Part shown: positions 21,670-32,499 of the stretch, one piece after another
Numbering within the stretch: the first letter of the stretch is position 1
How the letters are laid out: each line of letters starts with the position of its first letter
NCBI GenBank assembly: GCA_003223115.1
Contig: QHXW01000041.1
Coordinates: 972-64,971 of the forward strand
Source of the DNA: Acidobacteriota bacterium
GTDB taxonomy: Bacteria > Acidobacteriota > Terriglobia > Bryobacterales > Bryobacteraceae
Length of the DNA: 64,000 bases
Direction: 5' to 3'
Translations under genes and position numbers: made by a program
The notes under the pieces: model-generated
Databases searched by the model: none
What the model saw: the letters and a program-made list of their open reading frames with translations, nothing else
Told to the model about the DNA's origin: nothing

Positions 21670-22152
21670 ATGACTTTTTCTCCGGAACTCGAAGCCAAGT
21701 TCGACAAACTTCTCAAGAGCTACCCACCGGGGCGGCAGCGCGCGGCCATGGTGCCCATGCTGCTGTTCGCGCAGGATGAAGTGGGCTCGGTCACTCGTGA
21801 GCTAGTTGACGAAGTCGCTAAGCGTGTGGGTGTGCAGGCGCTGCAGGTGGACGAGGTGATCACCTACTATTCGATGCTGCACCGCAAACCGCTCGGCAAG
21901 CATCACGTTCAGATCTGCACTAACATCAGTTGCCTGCTCACCGGAGGCGAGGAACTGTGGAAACATGCCTGTGCGAAACTTGGCATCGGCCACAAGGAAG
22001 TAACGCCGGACGGCCGGATTTCGCTTGAAGAGGTGGAGTGCATCGGTGCCTGCTCCTGGGCGCCGGCTTTGCAGGTGAACTACGATTTCCATCATCAGGT
22101 GACGCCGGAGAAGCTGGATCAGCTTCTGGATCGTTTGCGAAAGCTCACATAA
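21670..22152 (+). CDS. nuoE: NADH-quinone oxidoreductase subunit E
   Basis: 2Fe-2S ligand pattern (CTNISC ... CIGACSWAP). Start chosen at the internal ATG (MTFSPELEAKF). Confidence 0.9.
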   Translation: MTFSPELEAKFDKLLKSYPPGRQRAAMVPMLLFAQDEVGSVTRELVDEVAKRVGVQALQVDEVITYYSMLHRKPLGKHHVQICTNISCLLTGGEELWKHACAKLGIGHKEVTPDGRISLEEVECIGACSWAPALQVNYDFHHQVTPEKLDQLLDRLRKLT

Positions 22153-22155
22153 CAG

Positions 22156-23469
22156 GTGCTCTACAACGAACCCAGTCCGCTCGAGGTCAGAGTGCTCAGC
22201 CGCCGGTTCGGCTTGCCGAATTCGGCGTCGATCGACACCTACCTTGCCACCGACGGTTATAAAGCGCTACGCAAAGCGCTCGAAATGAAGCCGGAGGAGA
22301 TCATCGAAGAGGTGAAGACCTCAAATCTTCGCGGCCGCGGCGGCGCCGGTTTTTCCACCGGCATGAAGTGGAGTTTTGTTCCGCGTACATCTCCCAAGCC
22401 GAAATACATCGTGGTGAACGCGGATGAAAGCGAGCCGGTCACGTGTAAAGACCGAGTGCTGATCGAGAACGATCCGCACCAGTTGATCGAGGGCATGCTG
22501 ATCGCCGCGCTGGCCGCCGACGCCCACGCCGGTTACATTTACATTCGCGGCGAGTACCGCTATCTCATCGATATTCTGGACACAGCCATTGCCGAAGCGT
22601 ATCAGCACGGCTACCTGGGCAAGAACATTCTTGGAACAAGTTTTTCCTTTGACGCCTACACACATACGGGCGCCGGCGCGTACGAATGCGGCGAAGAATC
22701 GGCGCTGCTGGAGTCGCTCGAAGGCAAGCGTGGCATCCCGCGCATCCGCCCGCCCTTTCCGGCTGTGGTCGGCGCGTTTCAATGCCCCACGGTATTGAAC
22801 AATGTCGAGACGTACTGCGCGGCTCCTGCCATCATTCGCGATGGCGGTGCGGCATTTGCCGCCCTGGGCGTGCCGAAAGCCGGTGGCACGAAGTTGACCT
22901 GCCTCACGGGCCATGTCAACAAGCCGGGCGTTTATGAATTGCCGCTGGGTTTCTCCGTTGACAAAATGATCAACGAAGTTGGCGGCGGCATTCGCGGTGG
23001 AAAAAAACTTAAAGCATTTATTCCTGGTGGATCGTCATGTCCCGTCCTGACGGCCGCGGAGTGCGAAGGCCTCACCATGGATTACGATGCCATGGCCAAG
23101 CGCAAGACCATGCTCGGCTCCGGCGGCGTCGTCATCATGGATGAAGATACGTGCATGGTCAAGGTGGCGCTGCGCATCATGCGATTCTATGCGCATGAGA
23201 GCTGCGGCTGGTGCATTCCATGCCGCGAGGGAACCAGTTGGCTCAGAAAGACGCTGGTTCGTTTTCATGACGGAATGGGACAGCGGGACGACATCGGCCT
23301 CATTGGAGACCTGGCGAAGAACATGCTCGGTCGAACGTTCTGCCCGCTGGGCGATGCGGCCGCGCTACCCACAATCTCGATCGTCGAGAAATGGGCTGCC
23401 GAATTCGAAGCGCATCTTAACGGCAGGCCCTGTCCCTACGAGAACGTTTCTCAGTTGGTAATGGCATGA
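22156..23469 (+). CDS. nuoF: NADH-quinone oxidoreductase subunit F
   Basis: GRGGAGFSTG, GAGAYECGEESALLESLEG and ESCGWCIPCREG (N3 cluster) motifs. GTG start. Confidence 0.95.
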   Translation: MLYNEPSPLEVRVLSRRFGLPNSASIDTYLATDGYKALRKALEMKPEEIIEEVKTSNLRGRGGAGFSTGMKWSFVPRTSPKPKYIVVNADESEPVTCKDRVLIENDPHQLIEGMLIAALAADAHAGYIYIRGEYRYLIDILDTAIAEAYQHGYLGKNILGTSFSFDAYTHTGAGAYECGEESALLESLEGKRGIPRIRPPFPAVVGAFQCPTVLNNVETYCAAPAIIRDGGAAFAALGVPKAGGTKLTCLTGHVNKPGVYELPLGFSVDKMINEVGGGIRGGKKLKAFIPGGSSCPVLTAAECEGLTMDYDAMAKRKTMLGSGGVVIMDEDTCMVKVALRIMRFYAHESCGWCIPCREGTSWLRKTLVRFHDGMGQRDDIGLIGDLAKNMLGRTFCPLGDAAALPTISIVEKWAAEFEAHLNGRPCPYENVSQLVMA

Positions 23470-23520
23470 TCCAGCCGGCGTTCCGGAAATTTTCGGCGGA
23501 TCATCGTTCAAATAATTTAG

Positions 23521-25602
23521 ATGGCTGATTTAGTCAAACTCACGATTAACGATAGACACTTGGAAGTGCCCGCGGGCACCCTGGTCATCGAGGCCGCAAA
23601 ACGCAACGGCATCGAGATTCCGTCATTCTGCTACTACGAAGGTCTGGCGCTGCAGGCGGCTTGTCGCATGTGCCTGGTGGAAGTGGAAAAGGCACCAAAG
23701 CTGATGGTGGCTTGCACGCTACCAGTGGCGGAAGGCATGGTGGTGCGCACGGAGACTCCCACGGTACAGCAAGCGCGCAAATCCATGCTCGAATTCCTGC
23801 TTTCCAATCACCCGCTCGATTGCCCGGTGTGCGACAAGGGCGGCGAATGTGAGTTGCAGGACATGGTATTCCGTTACGGCGCCGGCGAGAGCCGCTTCAC
23901 GGAGCAGAAGGTTCACGAGGATGAAAAACAGTGGTCGCCGGTGGTGTTCTTCGACATGCCCCGCTGCATCCTGTGCTTTCGCTGCGTGCGCATTTGCGGC
24001 GAAGGGATGGGCGTCAATGCTTTGGGCGTGGTGAATCGCGGGGTCCTTTCTGAGATCGCTCCCAACAAGGGCGATCACCTGGAGTGCGACGAATGCGGCA
24101 TGTGCATCGATATTTGCCCGGTGGGCGCGCTCACCAGCGGAACATACCGGTACAAGACTCGTCCCTGGGAGATGGAGCACGTCGGCACCATTTGTACGCA
24201 CTGCTCGAACGGCTGCAAGACGACCCTGGGCGTTCGCAACGACAAGATCATCCGCGGGAACAATCGCGACCGCTCCGGCATCAATGGTGAGTTCCTTTGC
24301 ATCAAAGGCCGCTACGCCTTCGACTTTTCCGATCATCCGGATCGACTGCAAACGCCGCTGGTACGCACCGGCGGAAAACTTCAGCCGGCCTCATGGTCGC
24401 AAGCCCTGGAAGTTGTTGCCAAGAATTTTCAAGACGTGAAACAACGCGGTGGCAGGTTCGGCGTCATCGGTTCGAACCATACCACCAACGAGGAAAACTA
24501 CTACCTGCAAAAGTTCGCGCGCCAGGTGTTGATGACGAATAATATCGATCATCATCGCACCGGCGACGTGCTCACTCTGCTGGACGCATTGAGTGGGCGA
24601 AACGAGGCGCTCGCAACCACACAGGACTTGTATCAGAGCAAAGCAATTCTGGTGGTCGCAGCAGAACTGGCGCTCGAACATCCATTTCTGTCTTTTCAGA
24701 TCCGCGCCAATTATCGCCATCATCAGGCTCACGTATACGCGGTGACCTCGCAGCCTGTGCGCGAGGATAAGACCGCGACTGTCATCGTGCGTGCCGCACC
24801 CGGCGCAGAGTTGTCCGCGGTCGAGTCACTGCGAGAGAAATTAAAGGCCGAGCCGGAACTCATCATTCTTTACGGCGACGCGATAAAAGGCGACGGCGTT
24901 CGCAAGCTGGTCGCGTTTGGCACGAGCCTGGGCATCCCGGTGAAGTACGTGCCGCTGGTGGATTATTCGAACTCCCGCGGAGCCGTAGACATGGGGCTGA
25001 TGCCAGAGCTGCTGCCTGGTTATCAGCCTTCACAAGCGTTTGGCTTAACCTGGGCCGACATGCTCGCCAGTGAAGATCTCGGCGCGCTTTGGGTTATCGG
25101 TGCCAACCCGCTCAAGAATGCCGAACTGCGGGCCAGGAATGCGTTCATGGTGGTGCAGGAGATGTTCCTCACCGACACCGCGCAGATTGCCGACGTCGTG
25201 CTGCCGGCGGCGTCAGCTTACGAAAAATCGGGAACGGTAACTAATGTTTGCGGCGAGGTCCAGCGGTTGAAACGAGCGATCCAGACCATGGGCGCCAAGC
25301 CCGACCTGGAAATTATAGGGCTGATTGCCAAAGAAATGGACGCTGCTGCTGTAGTCGGGCCCTGGACTTCCGATTCCGTATTCGAGGAGATTCGAAAGAA
25401 CGTACGAGGATACGATGTGCCCGTGGCTATGATCGCCACCGGTGGCGCTGCGCAAACGATGCCGGTCAATGGACGCATCGCCGTTGAGAGCCGCACGGAT
25501 CTCATTCGCTCGACACATGACAATTTATTCACCTCCGGGACACTGGGGCGCTATTCTAAGATGTTGAATTCCGTTCTCGAGCGCCGGCTCAATTACCATT
25601 GA
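23521..25602 (+). CDS. nuoG: NADH-quinone oxidoreductase subunit G
   Basis: 693 aa with an N-terminal 2Fe-2S and 4Fe-4S cysteine clusters (CRMCLVE, CPVCDKGGEC, CILCFRCVRIC, CGMCIDICP), followed by a molybdopterin-oxidoreductase-like domain. Confidence 0.9.
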   Translation: MADLVKLTINDRHLEVPAGTLVIEAAKRNGIEIPSFCYYEGLALQAACRMCLVEVEKAPKLMVACTLPVAEGMVVRTETPTVQQARKSMLEFLLSNHPLDCPVCDKGGECELQDMVFRYGAGESRFTEQKVHEDEKQWSPVVFFDMPRCILCFRCVRICGEGMGVNALGVVNRGVLSEIAPNKGDHLECDECGMCIDICPVGALTSGTYRYKTRPWEMEHVGTICTHCSNGCKTTLGVRNDKIIRGNNRDRSGINGEFLCIKGRYAFDFSDHPDRLQTPLVRTGGKLQPASWSQALEVVAKNFQDVKQRGGRFGVIGSNHTTNEENYYLQKFARQVLMTNNIDHHRTGDVLTLLDALSGRNEALATTQDLYQSKAILVVAAELALEHPFLSFQIRANYRHHQAHVYAVTSQPVREDKTATVIVRAAPGAELSAVESLREKLKAEPELIILYGDAIKGDGVRKLVAFGTSLGIPVKYVPLVDYSNSRGAVDMGLMPELLPGYQPSQAFGLTWADMLASEDLGALWVIGANPLKNAELRARNAFMVVQEMFLTDTAQIADVVLPAASAYEKSGTVTNVCGEVQRLKRAIQTMGAKPDLEIIGLIAKEMDAAAVVGPWTSDSVFEEIRKNVRGYDVPVAMIATGGAAQTMPVNGRIAVESRTDLIRSTHDNLFTSGTLGRYSKMLNSVLERRLNYH

Positions 25603-26780
25603 TGAACTTTTTTCTGTTGAGCGTCATCAAAGCCGCGGTGGTGGCGTTTGTCCTCCTCACAACGCTGGCTTACCTGCAGTGGGTGGAACGCAAGGTCATT
25701 GCGCACATCCAGGTGCGTCTTGGACCATCGCGCGTTGGCCCGCACGGGTTGCTACAGCCGCTTGCCGACGTGATCAAGCTCATCACCAAGGAAGACCTGA
25801 TTCCGCCTTACGCCAACAAATTCGTCTATCTGCTGGCGCCGTTCCTGGCTGTCACGATGTCGCTGATCTCCATTTCGGTGATTCCTTTCGGCGCCGAGAT
25901 TCAGGTTTTCGGGCAGCCCACTTGGATGCAGCTCACCGATCTGAATGTCGGCCTGTTGCTGATCCTCGCGGTCAGCTCCATGGGTGTTTACGGCGTAGCG
26001 CTGGCTGGCTGGGCGTCGAACAACAAGTATTCTTTGTTAGGAGGATTGCGCAGCTCCGCGCAAATGATCAGCTATGAGCTGCCGCTGAGCTTGGCCGTGG
26101 CGTCGCCGCTGTTGTTATCAAACACGCTCAGCCTGAGGCAGCTCGTCCAAACGCAGGCGGGCTCAATTCTTCACTGGAACATCTTGCGCCTACCTGCGCC
26201 GCAGATTGTGAGCTTCATTGTCTTCATGATCGCGGGATTCGCCGAGACCAACCGCGTGCCATTCGACTTGCCGGAGGCCGAAAACGAACTCGTGGCCGGC
26301 TTTCATACCGAGTACAGCAGCATGAAATTCGCGGCTTTCTTTATGGCCGAGTACTCCAACATGGTGACCGTGGCCTGTGTCACGGTTATTCTGTTTCTGG
26401 GCGGATGGTATCCGCTGTTTGCCGTTGCCTGGGGTTCGAATTATGTGCCCGCGCTTTTGTTTGGCTTGGCTGGCGCCGTGTGCCTTTTTTTTGGACTGAA
26501 CCCGGTGCGCAAGCGCGATCGCATCACGATGCCGGTTTTTGGCGTGATTTTTCTCGGCATCGCCGCCGCATTTCTATTGGCGCCGGTACAAGCGATTTTC
26601 ATCCCACTGTTCTGGTTCTTGGCGAAGGTCGGTCTGATCCTCTTTACATTTATCTGGGTCCGTGGGACGCTTCCGCGCTTTCGTTACGACCAGTTGATGC
26701 ATTTCGCCTGGAAAGTTCTCTTCCCGGTAGCGTTGGTGAACCTGCTGGTTACCGGTCTGCTGGTAGCCTGGTTTTCATAG
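25602..26780 (+). CDS. nuoH: NADH-quinone oxidoreductase subunit H
   Basis: [28 protein letters not shown] motif. The ATG overlaps the nuoG stop (TGATG); a TTG at 25599 is an alternative start. Confidence 0.9.
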   Translation: MNFFLLSVIKAAVVAFVLLTTLAYLQWVERKVIAHIQVRLGPSRVGPHGLLQPLADVIKLITKEDLIPPYANKFVYLLAPFLAVTMSLISISVIPFGAEIQVFGQPTWMQLTDLNVGLLLILAVSSMGVYGVALAGWASNNKYSLLGGLRSSAQMISYELPLSLAVASPLLLSNTLSLRQLVQTQAGSILHWNILRLPAPQIVSFIVFMIAGFAETNRVPFDLPEAENELVAGFHTEYSSMKFAAFFMAEYSNMVTVACVTVILFLGGWYPLFAVAWGSNYVPALLFGLAGAVCLFFGLNPVRKRDRITMPVFGVIFLGIAAAFLLAPVQAIFIPLFWFLAKVGLILFTFIWVRGTLPRFRYDQLMHFAWKVLFPVALVNLLVTGLLVAWFS

Positions 26781-26781
26781 C

Positions 26782-27285
26782 ATGGACGTCATTCTGTTTC
26801 TGGTGTTCGCGATCATCGCAGTGGTCTGCGGCATCAATGTGGTAGTGCAGAGGCATCCCATTACGAGCGCGTTGTCGCTCATCGGCGTAATGGGTTCGCT
26901 GGCGGTGCTGTATCTGCTGCTCGGCGCGGAATTCATCGCCATGGCCCAGGTGATTGTCTATGCCGGCGCCATTATGGTGCTGTTTGTGTTCGTGATCATG
27001 CTGCTCAATGCCGGCGCCGAAGAAACTCGTGGAAAGTCGCTGGTGGCGCAATTGCTCGGGCTTCCGCTGCTGATCTTGTTTCTGGCTTTTGCCAGCTACT
27101 TCGTCCAGCGGTTCGTGCCGAGTTCCACGATCGTTCACTTCGGGGCCTTTAAGAGCGGGACCGCGCAAAATATAGGCATCGCGCTTTTCACCCGGTATCT
27201 GCTGCCGTTTGAGGTGACCTCGGTTCTGATTCTCATTGCCATCTTGGGCGCCATCGTGCTCGCGCGAAAGGAGCTGGACCGATGA
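26782..27285 (+). CDS. nuoJ: NADH-quinone oxidoreductase subunit J
   Basis: 167-aa polytopic protein starting 1 nt after the nuoH stop, with ND6/NuoJ-like sequence. Confidence 0.85.
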   Translation: MDVILFLVFAIIAVVCGINVVVQRHPITSALSLIGVMGSLAVLYLLLGAEFIAMAQVIVYAGAIMVLFVFVIMLLNAGAEETRGKSLVAQLLGLPLLILFLAFASYFVQRFVPSSTIVHFGAFKSGTAQNIGIALFTRYLLPFEVTSVLILIAILGAIVLARKELDR

Positions 27286-27593
27286 TGACCGGCGTGCCGC
27301 TCTCCTGGTATCTCATTTTGAGCGCCGTCTTGTTCGCATTGGGCGTGGCGGGCTTTCTGTTTCGAAAGAACATCATTACGGTATTCATGTCCATCGAGTT
27401 GATGCTGAATGCCGTGAATCTGAGTTTTATCGCCTTCTCCTATCAGCTCCAGCAGGTGAACGGACATATTTTCACGTTTTTTGTCATGGTGGTGGCTGCG
27501 GCCGAAGCTGCCGTGGGCCTCGCAATCATTCTGAGCGTTTTCAAGAACCGCGCAACTTTGAACGTGGACGACGTGAACTCGATGAAATATTAA
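27282..27593 (+). CDS. nuoK: NADH-quinone oxidoreductase subunit K
   Basis: 103 aa. SIELMLNAVNL motif and ATGA overlap with nuoJ. Confidence 0.9.
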   Translation: MMTGVPLSWYLILSAVLFALGVAGFLFRKNIITVFMSIELMLNAVNLSFIAFSYQLQQVNGHIFTFFVMVVAAAEAAVGLAIILSVFKNRATLNVDDVNSMKY

Positions 27594-27666
27594 CAGCCGA
27601 AATCGAGAGGCTGCGCGGCCATCTTGAAATCCGCGGTCTCACGTTTCCGCGTTGAACAGAATTTCA

Positions 27667-29499
27667 ATGCAACTTTGGCTGATACCTGTCCTGCCATTGG
27701 CGGGGTTTCTGATCAACGGCGTTCTCGGACGGCGTCTGTCGAGAGCGGTCATCAACATCGTCGCTATCGGCGCTGTGGTGCTCTCGTTTGCGTGGGCGCT
27801 CAAAGTGGTCGTTGCACTTCCAGAGGCGCCGTACTCGGAACATTATTTCAACTGGATCGTCGCCGGGAGCTTTAGGGTCGGCTGCGATTTCGCCGTGGAC
27901 CGCCTGACGGCCGTCATGCTGATGGTGGTCACCGGTGTCGGCTCCCTCATCCATGTTTATTCCGCCGGCTACATGGCGCACGAGGGTGGTTACTACCGCT
28001 TCTTCGCCTACCTCAACCTCTTCATGTTCTTCATGCTCACGCTGGTGCTGGCGGGAAATTACCTGCTGCTGTTTGTGGGTTGGGAGGGCGTGGGGCTTTG
28101 CAGCTATCTTTTGATCGGTTTCTGGTTCCTGAAAAAAAGCGCCACCAACGCCGGCAACAAAGCCTTCATCGTGAACCGCATTGGCGATTACGGATTCTCG
28201 CTGGCCATGCTGTTGATCGTGGTGACATTCGGCTCGCTGGACTTCGGCACGGTCTTTCCCGCGGCGGCATCGAAACCCGAAGGCATCGTCACGCTGATCG
28301 CGCTGCTGCTCCTTGTGGGAGCCTGCGGCAAATCGGCGCAATTTCCACTCTCCGTGTGGTTACCGGATGCCATGGAGGGCCCCACGCCGGTCTCCGCCCT
28401 GATCCACGCCGCCACCATGGTGACGGCCGGCGTTTACGTGGCCGCACGCTCGTTCCCGCTTTACATCCATGCGCCGGCGGCGCTCGAACTGGCGGCTCGC
28501 ATCGGTCTGTTTACCGCGACTTTCGCCGCCACCATCGCCTTGGCGCAGAACGACATCAAGAAAGTTTTTGCCTATTCGACCGTTTCGCAGCTCGGGTACA
28601 TGTTCCTGGGCGTGGGCTGCGGCGCGTTTTCGAGCGGCATTTACCATCTGGTCACTCACGCGTTTTTCAAGGCGCTGCTGTTCCTGGGCGCGGGCAGTGT
28701 GATCCACGCGCTGGGTGGTGAACAGGACATGCGCAACATGGGCGGTCTTCGGAAACACATTCCCATCACCTTCTGGACGCTCATGTGTGCTGCCGTCGCG
28801 ATCTCAGGTGTACCCTTCACTTCCGGTTTCTTCAGCAAGGATTCAATTCTGCTTGCGGCTCATCATCACCAGCCCTGGATGTATTGGGTGGGCACCATCA
28901 CCGCCGGGCTGACAGCATTCTACGTGTTCCGTGCGATGTTCATGACATTTTTCGGCGAGTATCGCGGCGGCGATCACCACCCGTATGAAGCGCCTAAGGC
29001 CATGACGATACCGCTCATGATTCTGGCGCTGCTGTCGCTCGGGGGCGGCTACATCAACGTTCCCACGTGGCTTGGCAAATTTTTCCCGACGATCGAGCAC
29101 TCGGAGGATTTCGCGCTGGTGGCGATTTCTGTCGCGGCCGGTTTCGCCGGCATCGGCATCGCCTATGTGATGTACGTGATGAAGCCCGGATTGTCCGATT
29201 CGGCCGCCCGCAGTCTCGGTTGGATTTACCGGCTGGTTTACAACAAATACTACGTCGACCAGATTTACGAGGCCATCATCGTCAAGCCGCTGGTCAATGG
29301 TTCACGCGCGCTGCTCTGGCGAGTGGTGGATGCCGGATTGATCGATGGCACAGTGAACGGCATCGGCACCAGGTCGGTCGGGCTCGGCGGCTGGCTGAAG
29401 CTTTTTCAATCCGGAAACATCCGCAGTTACGCCACCTGGGTAGTATTCGGCTCGGTAATCCTGGTAATCGCTCTGGGACTAGTAGGGGCAATCCGATGA
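27667..29499 (+). CDS. nuoL: NADH-quinone oxidoreductase subunit L
   Basis: Antiporter-like subunit (WEGVGLCSYLLIGFW). ATG at 27667 (MQLWLIPVLPL); the ORF track starts at an upstream TTG. Confidence 0.9.
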   Translation: MQLWLIPVLPLAGFLINGVLGRRLSRAVINIVAIGAVVLSFAWALKVVVALPEAPYSEHYFNWIVAGSFRVGCDFAVDRLTAVMLMVVTGVGSLIHVYSAGYMAHEGGYYRFFAYLNLFMFFMLTLVLAGNYLLLFVGWEGVGLCSYLLIGFWFLKKSATNAGNKAFIVNRIGDYGFSLAMLLIVVTFGSLDFGTVFPAAASKPEGIVTLIALLLLVGACGKSAQFPLSVWLPDAMEGPTPVSALIHAATMVTAGVYVAARSFPLYIHAPAALELAARIGLFTATFAATIALAQNDIKKVFAYSTVSQLGYMFLGVGCGAFSSGIYHLVTHAFFKALLFLGAGSVIHALGGEQDMRNMGGLRKHIPITFWTLMCAAVAISGVPFTSGFFSKDSILLAAHHHQPWMYWVGTITAGLTAFYVFRAMFMTFFGEYRGGDHHPYEAPKAMTIPLMILALLSLGGGYINVPTWLGKFFPTIEHSEDFALVAISVAAGFAGIGIAYVMYVMKPGLSDSAARSLGWIYRLVYNKYYVDQIYEAIIVKPLVNGSRALLWRVVDAGLIDGTVNGIGTRSVGLGGWLKLFQSGNIRSYATWVVFGSVILVIALGLVGAIR

Positions 29500-31043
29500 A
29501 CCTGCTGAACATCGTCGTGGCGCTGCCGGCCATCGGATTCCTAGTGACGCTGATGGTCCCTCGGGACAAGCCGCAGGCTGTCCGGGTGATTGCGCTGATG
29601 TTCTCCTTCCTCACTTTTTTCGCCTCCCTCGGCCTGGCGATCGGTTTCCGTTCGGATGCGCCTGGCGCCCAATTTGCAACCGACGTCATCTGGATACCAT
29701 CACCCGAGATCCACTATCACGTCGGGATCGACGGGTTGAGCCTTTGGCTGGTGCTGCTCTCGACGCTTCTGACGCCGATTTGCGTGCTGATCTCGTGGCG
29801 CTTTATCGAAAAGCGCGTCAAAGAGTTTTACGCCTTTCTACTACTCCTGTCATTCGGCTTGGTGGGTGTCTTCGTTTCGCTCGACCTGTTCCTGTTTTAC
29901 GCGTTCTGGGAGCTTTCACTTGTGCCGATGTATTTCCTCATCGGCATATGGGGTCACGAGCGGCGCGTTTACGCGGCGGTCAAATTCTTTCTCTACACCA
30001 TGGCCGGTTCAGTGCTGATGCTGGCCGCGATCATCTACCTGTACAATCGCGCCTCGACATTCAACTACACAGCGATTCTCGAGATGCTCGCGAGCGGTAA
30101 ACTGAGCCTGACTAACGGCGAGGAAATGCTACTGTTTCTGGCTTTCTTCATCGCTTTCGCCATTAAGGTACCTCTGTTCCCGCTGCACACCTGGCTTCCG
30201 GATGCGCACGTCGAAGCTCCTTCAGCCGGTTCCGTGATGCTGGCCTCGGTGATGCTGAAAATGGGGACCTACGGAATGGTGCGCTACTGTCTGCCCATGT
30301 TCGGCGGCGCCGCCGAGCGATGCGCCCCCTGGATCATCGTGCTGGCGATTATCGGCATCATTTACGGCGCACTCGTGGCACTGGTGCAGCCCAACATGAA
30401 AAGGCTGGTGGCCTATTCTTCGGTGACCCACCTGGGCTTCGTGGTTCTCGGCATCTTCACGTTCACGCAGCTCGGCCTCGATGGCGCGGTGTACCAGATG
30501 TTGAACCACGGTATCTCTACCGGTGCCCTTTTTGTGCTGGTAGGTTATCTCTACGAACGCAGGCATTCACTCGAGATTGCCGACTACGGCGGCATCGCTT
30601 CCGCTGCGCCCTGGCTTTCCACTGTGTTCTTGATTACGACGCTGGCCAGCATGGGGCTGCCGATGCTCAATAATTTCGTGGGCGAGTATCTGGTGTTGCA
30701 AGGCTCGGCGCAGGCCAACTTCTCCTGGTCGGTAGTGGCTTCAATCGGGGTGATCCTTTCGGCCTGTTACATGTTGTGGCTCTACCAGCGTGTGTTTTAC
30801 GGCGCGACCCCGGAGCTGGTAGCCGGGCACGTCTTCGACCTGAAGCCGCGCGAGTGGGCGGCGATAATGCCCTTAATCGCCCTGATGGTATGGATGGGCG
30901 TTTACACATCCACCTTCCTGCCGGCCATCAGCCGAACGAACGCCTCGATTCTCGATTTCAGGAAGATGAACATCCGCATCCAGGTCAAGAATCCTCCCAT
31001 ATCGCCGTACCTGAGTGTCAGTGAGGTACGGCATGCCCGCTGA
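29496..31043 (+). CDS. nuoM: NADH-quinone oxidoreductase subunit M
   Basis: The ATG at 29496 overlaps the nuoL stop (ATGA). Sequence from MNLLNIVVALPAIG is NuoM/ND4-like. The upstream part of ORF 29067 is an overprint of nuoL. Confidence 0.9.
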   Translation: MNLLNIVVALPAIGFLVTLMVPRDKPQAVRVIALMFSFLTFFASLGLAIGFRSDAPGAQFATDVIWIPSPEIHYHVGIDGLSLWLVLLSTLLTPICVLISWRFIEKRVKEFYAFLLLLSFGLVGVFVSLDLFLFYAFWELSLVPMYFLIGIWGHERRVYAAVKFFLYTMAGSVLMLAAIIYLYNRASTFNYTAILEMLASGKLSLTNGEEMLLFLAFFIAFAIKVPLFPLHTWLPDAHVEAPSAGSVMLASVMLKMGTYGMVRYCLPMFGGAAERCAPWIIVLAIIGIIYGALVALVQPNMKRLVAYSSVTHLGFVVLGIFTFTQLGLDGAVYQMLNHGISTGALFVLVGYLYERRHSLEIADYGGIASAAPWLSTVFLITTLASMGLPMLNNFVGEYLVLQGSAQANFSWSVVASIGVILSACYMLWLYQRVFYGATPELVAGHVFDLKPREWAAIMPLIALMVWMGVYTSTFLPAISRTNASILDFRKMNIRIQVKNPPISPYLSVSEVRHAR

Positions 31044-32499
31044 CTTCGTTCCAAAAACCATTGACCTGATTCGCTTCCTGCCCGAGATCATCCTGACCGT
31101 CACGGGGACGCTGCTGATGGTGCTCGACGCTTTCGCCGGTCGCCGGTGGTCGGGCGTTTACGGAAATTTTTCGCTCCTCGCCCTGGCTGGTTCACTTGCC
31201 GCGGCCGTCTACGCTTTTGGTGTTCCCGGTCCCGCATTTTCGGGGATGCTTATGAACGATGGTTTTGCCACGTTTTTTCGGGTGCTGGTGATTGCTGTCG
31301 GAATTCTGGTTGTGCTGGCTTCATTCCGGTACCTGCATCGCGAGGGCGTGGAAACAGGCGAATATCATGCCCTGATTCTGTTTTCGGTGGTGGGCCAATG
31401 CGTCATGGTGACGGCCAACGAGTTGATCATGATTTTCATCGGCCTCGAGATTTCTTCTATCGCCACCTATATCCTGGCCGGTTATCTGCGCGAAGATCGC
31501 CGCGGCAATGAGGCATCCCTCAAGTATTTCCTGCTGGGATCATTCGCCACTGCGTTCTTGCTTTATGGAATCGCGTGGATTTACGGTCTCACCGGTTCTA
31601 CGAATCTGGCCGCGATTCGCGGTGTGCTCTCTTCACGGGACCTTGCGCCTTCGGGAATGCTGGTGGGATTTTCCGCGGCGCTGATGTTCGTAGGCCTTGG
31701 ATTCAAGGTTTCGGGCGCTCCGTTTCAAATCTGGGCGCCGGACGTATATCAGGGCGCGCCGGCGCCTGTGACCGCGTTTATGTCGGCCGGTCCGAAAGCG
31801 GCGGCCTTTGCGGTTTTCCTGCGCATCTTCATGACAGCGTTTGAGCCCGTCGGAGCCGGTTGGGAACCATTGGTGTGGCTCTCCGCGCTGCTTTCGATGA
31901 CTATCGGAAACTTCGCAGCCCTGACCCAATCCAATATCAAGCGCCTGCTGGCATACAGCTCCATCGCTCACGCGGGCTATGTAATGGTTGCGCTGGCGGC
32001 GCGTTCAGAAACCGGCACCGCGGCCGCGATGTTTTATCTGGCAGCCTACGCGCTGATGAACGTCGGCGCATTCGCGGCGGTGGCGCACCTGGCGGGCAAG
32101 GGCGAACGGTTCGTCAGCATTGACGATTTTGCCGGGCTCGCCGTTGTCCAGCCCGCGACGGCGGCGCTGCTCGCGATCTTCCTGCTCTCATTGATTGGCG
32201 TGCCCTTGACGGGTGGGTTCTTCGGCAAGTTCTATATCTTCAAGGCCGCGCTTCAGTCCAACCTCTTGTGGCTGACGATGCTCGGGCTGCTGAATAGTGC
32301 GGTTGCCGCCTATTACTATCTTCGGATTCTGGTGATGATGTACATGCGCGAGCCTGGCGAGGCCGCGTCCGTGGCCGAACCCCTGAGCATCGGCATGAAG
32401 ACTGCGCTAGTGCTGCCCGCGCTGGGCACATTGTTCCTTGGAATCTTTCCCAGCGCCGTGCTCAATTTCGCCTCGAAATCCGCAGCGCTAATCCGCTAG
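31033..32499 (+). CDS. nuoN: NADH-quinone oxidoreductase subunit N
   Basis: ND2/NuoN-like polytopic protein. The ATG at 31033 overlaps the nuoM end. Confidence 0.9.
   Translation: MPADFVPKTIDLIRFLPEIILTVTGTLLMVLDAFAGRRWSGVYGNFSLLALAGSLAAAVYAFGVPGPAFSGMLMNDGFATFFRVLVIAVGILVVLASFRYLHREGVETGEYHALILFSVVGQCVMVTANELIMIFIGLEISSIATYILAGYLREDRRGNEASLKYFLLGSFATAFLLYGIAWIYGLTGSTNLAAIRGVLSSRDLAPSGMLVGFSAALMFVGLGFKVSGAPFQIWAPDVYQGAPAPVTAFMSAGPKAAAFAVFLRIFMTAFEPVGAGWEPLVWLSALLSMTIGNFAALTQSNIKRLLAYSSIAHAGYVMVALAARSETGTAAAMFYLAAYALMNVGAFAAVAHLAGKGERFVSIDDFAGLAVVQPATAALLAIFLLSLIGVPLTGGFFGKFYIFKAALQSNLLWLTMLGLLNSAVAAYYYLRILVMMYMREPGEAASVAEPLSIGMKTALVLPALGTLFLGIFPSAVLNFASKSAALIR

Noticed and set aside
29067-29495. 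N-terminal 143-aa extension of the nuoM ORF
   Set aside because: It is an out-of-frame overprint of the nuoL 3' end. The NuoM-like sequence begins at the ATG at 29496, which overlaps the nuoL stop.
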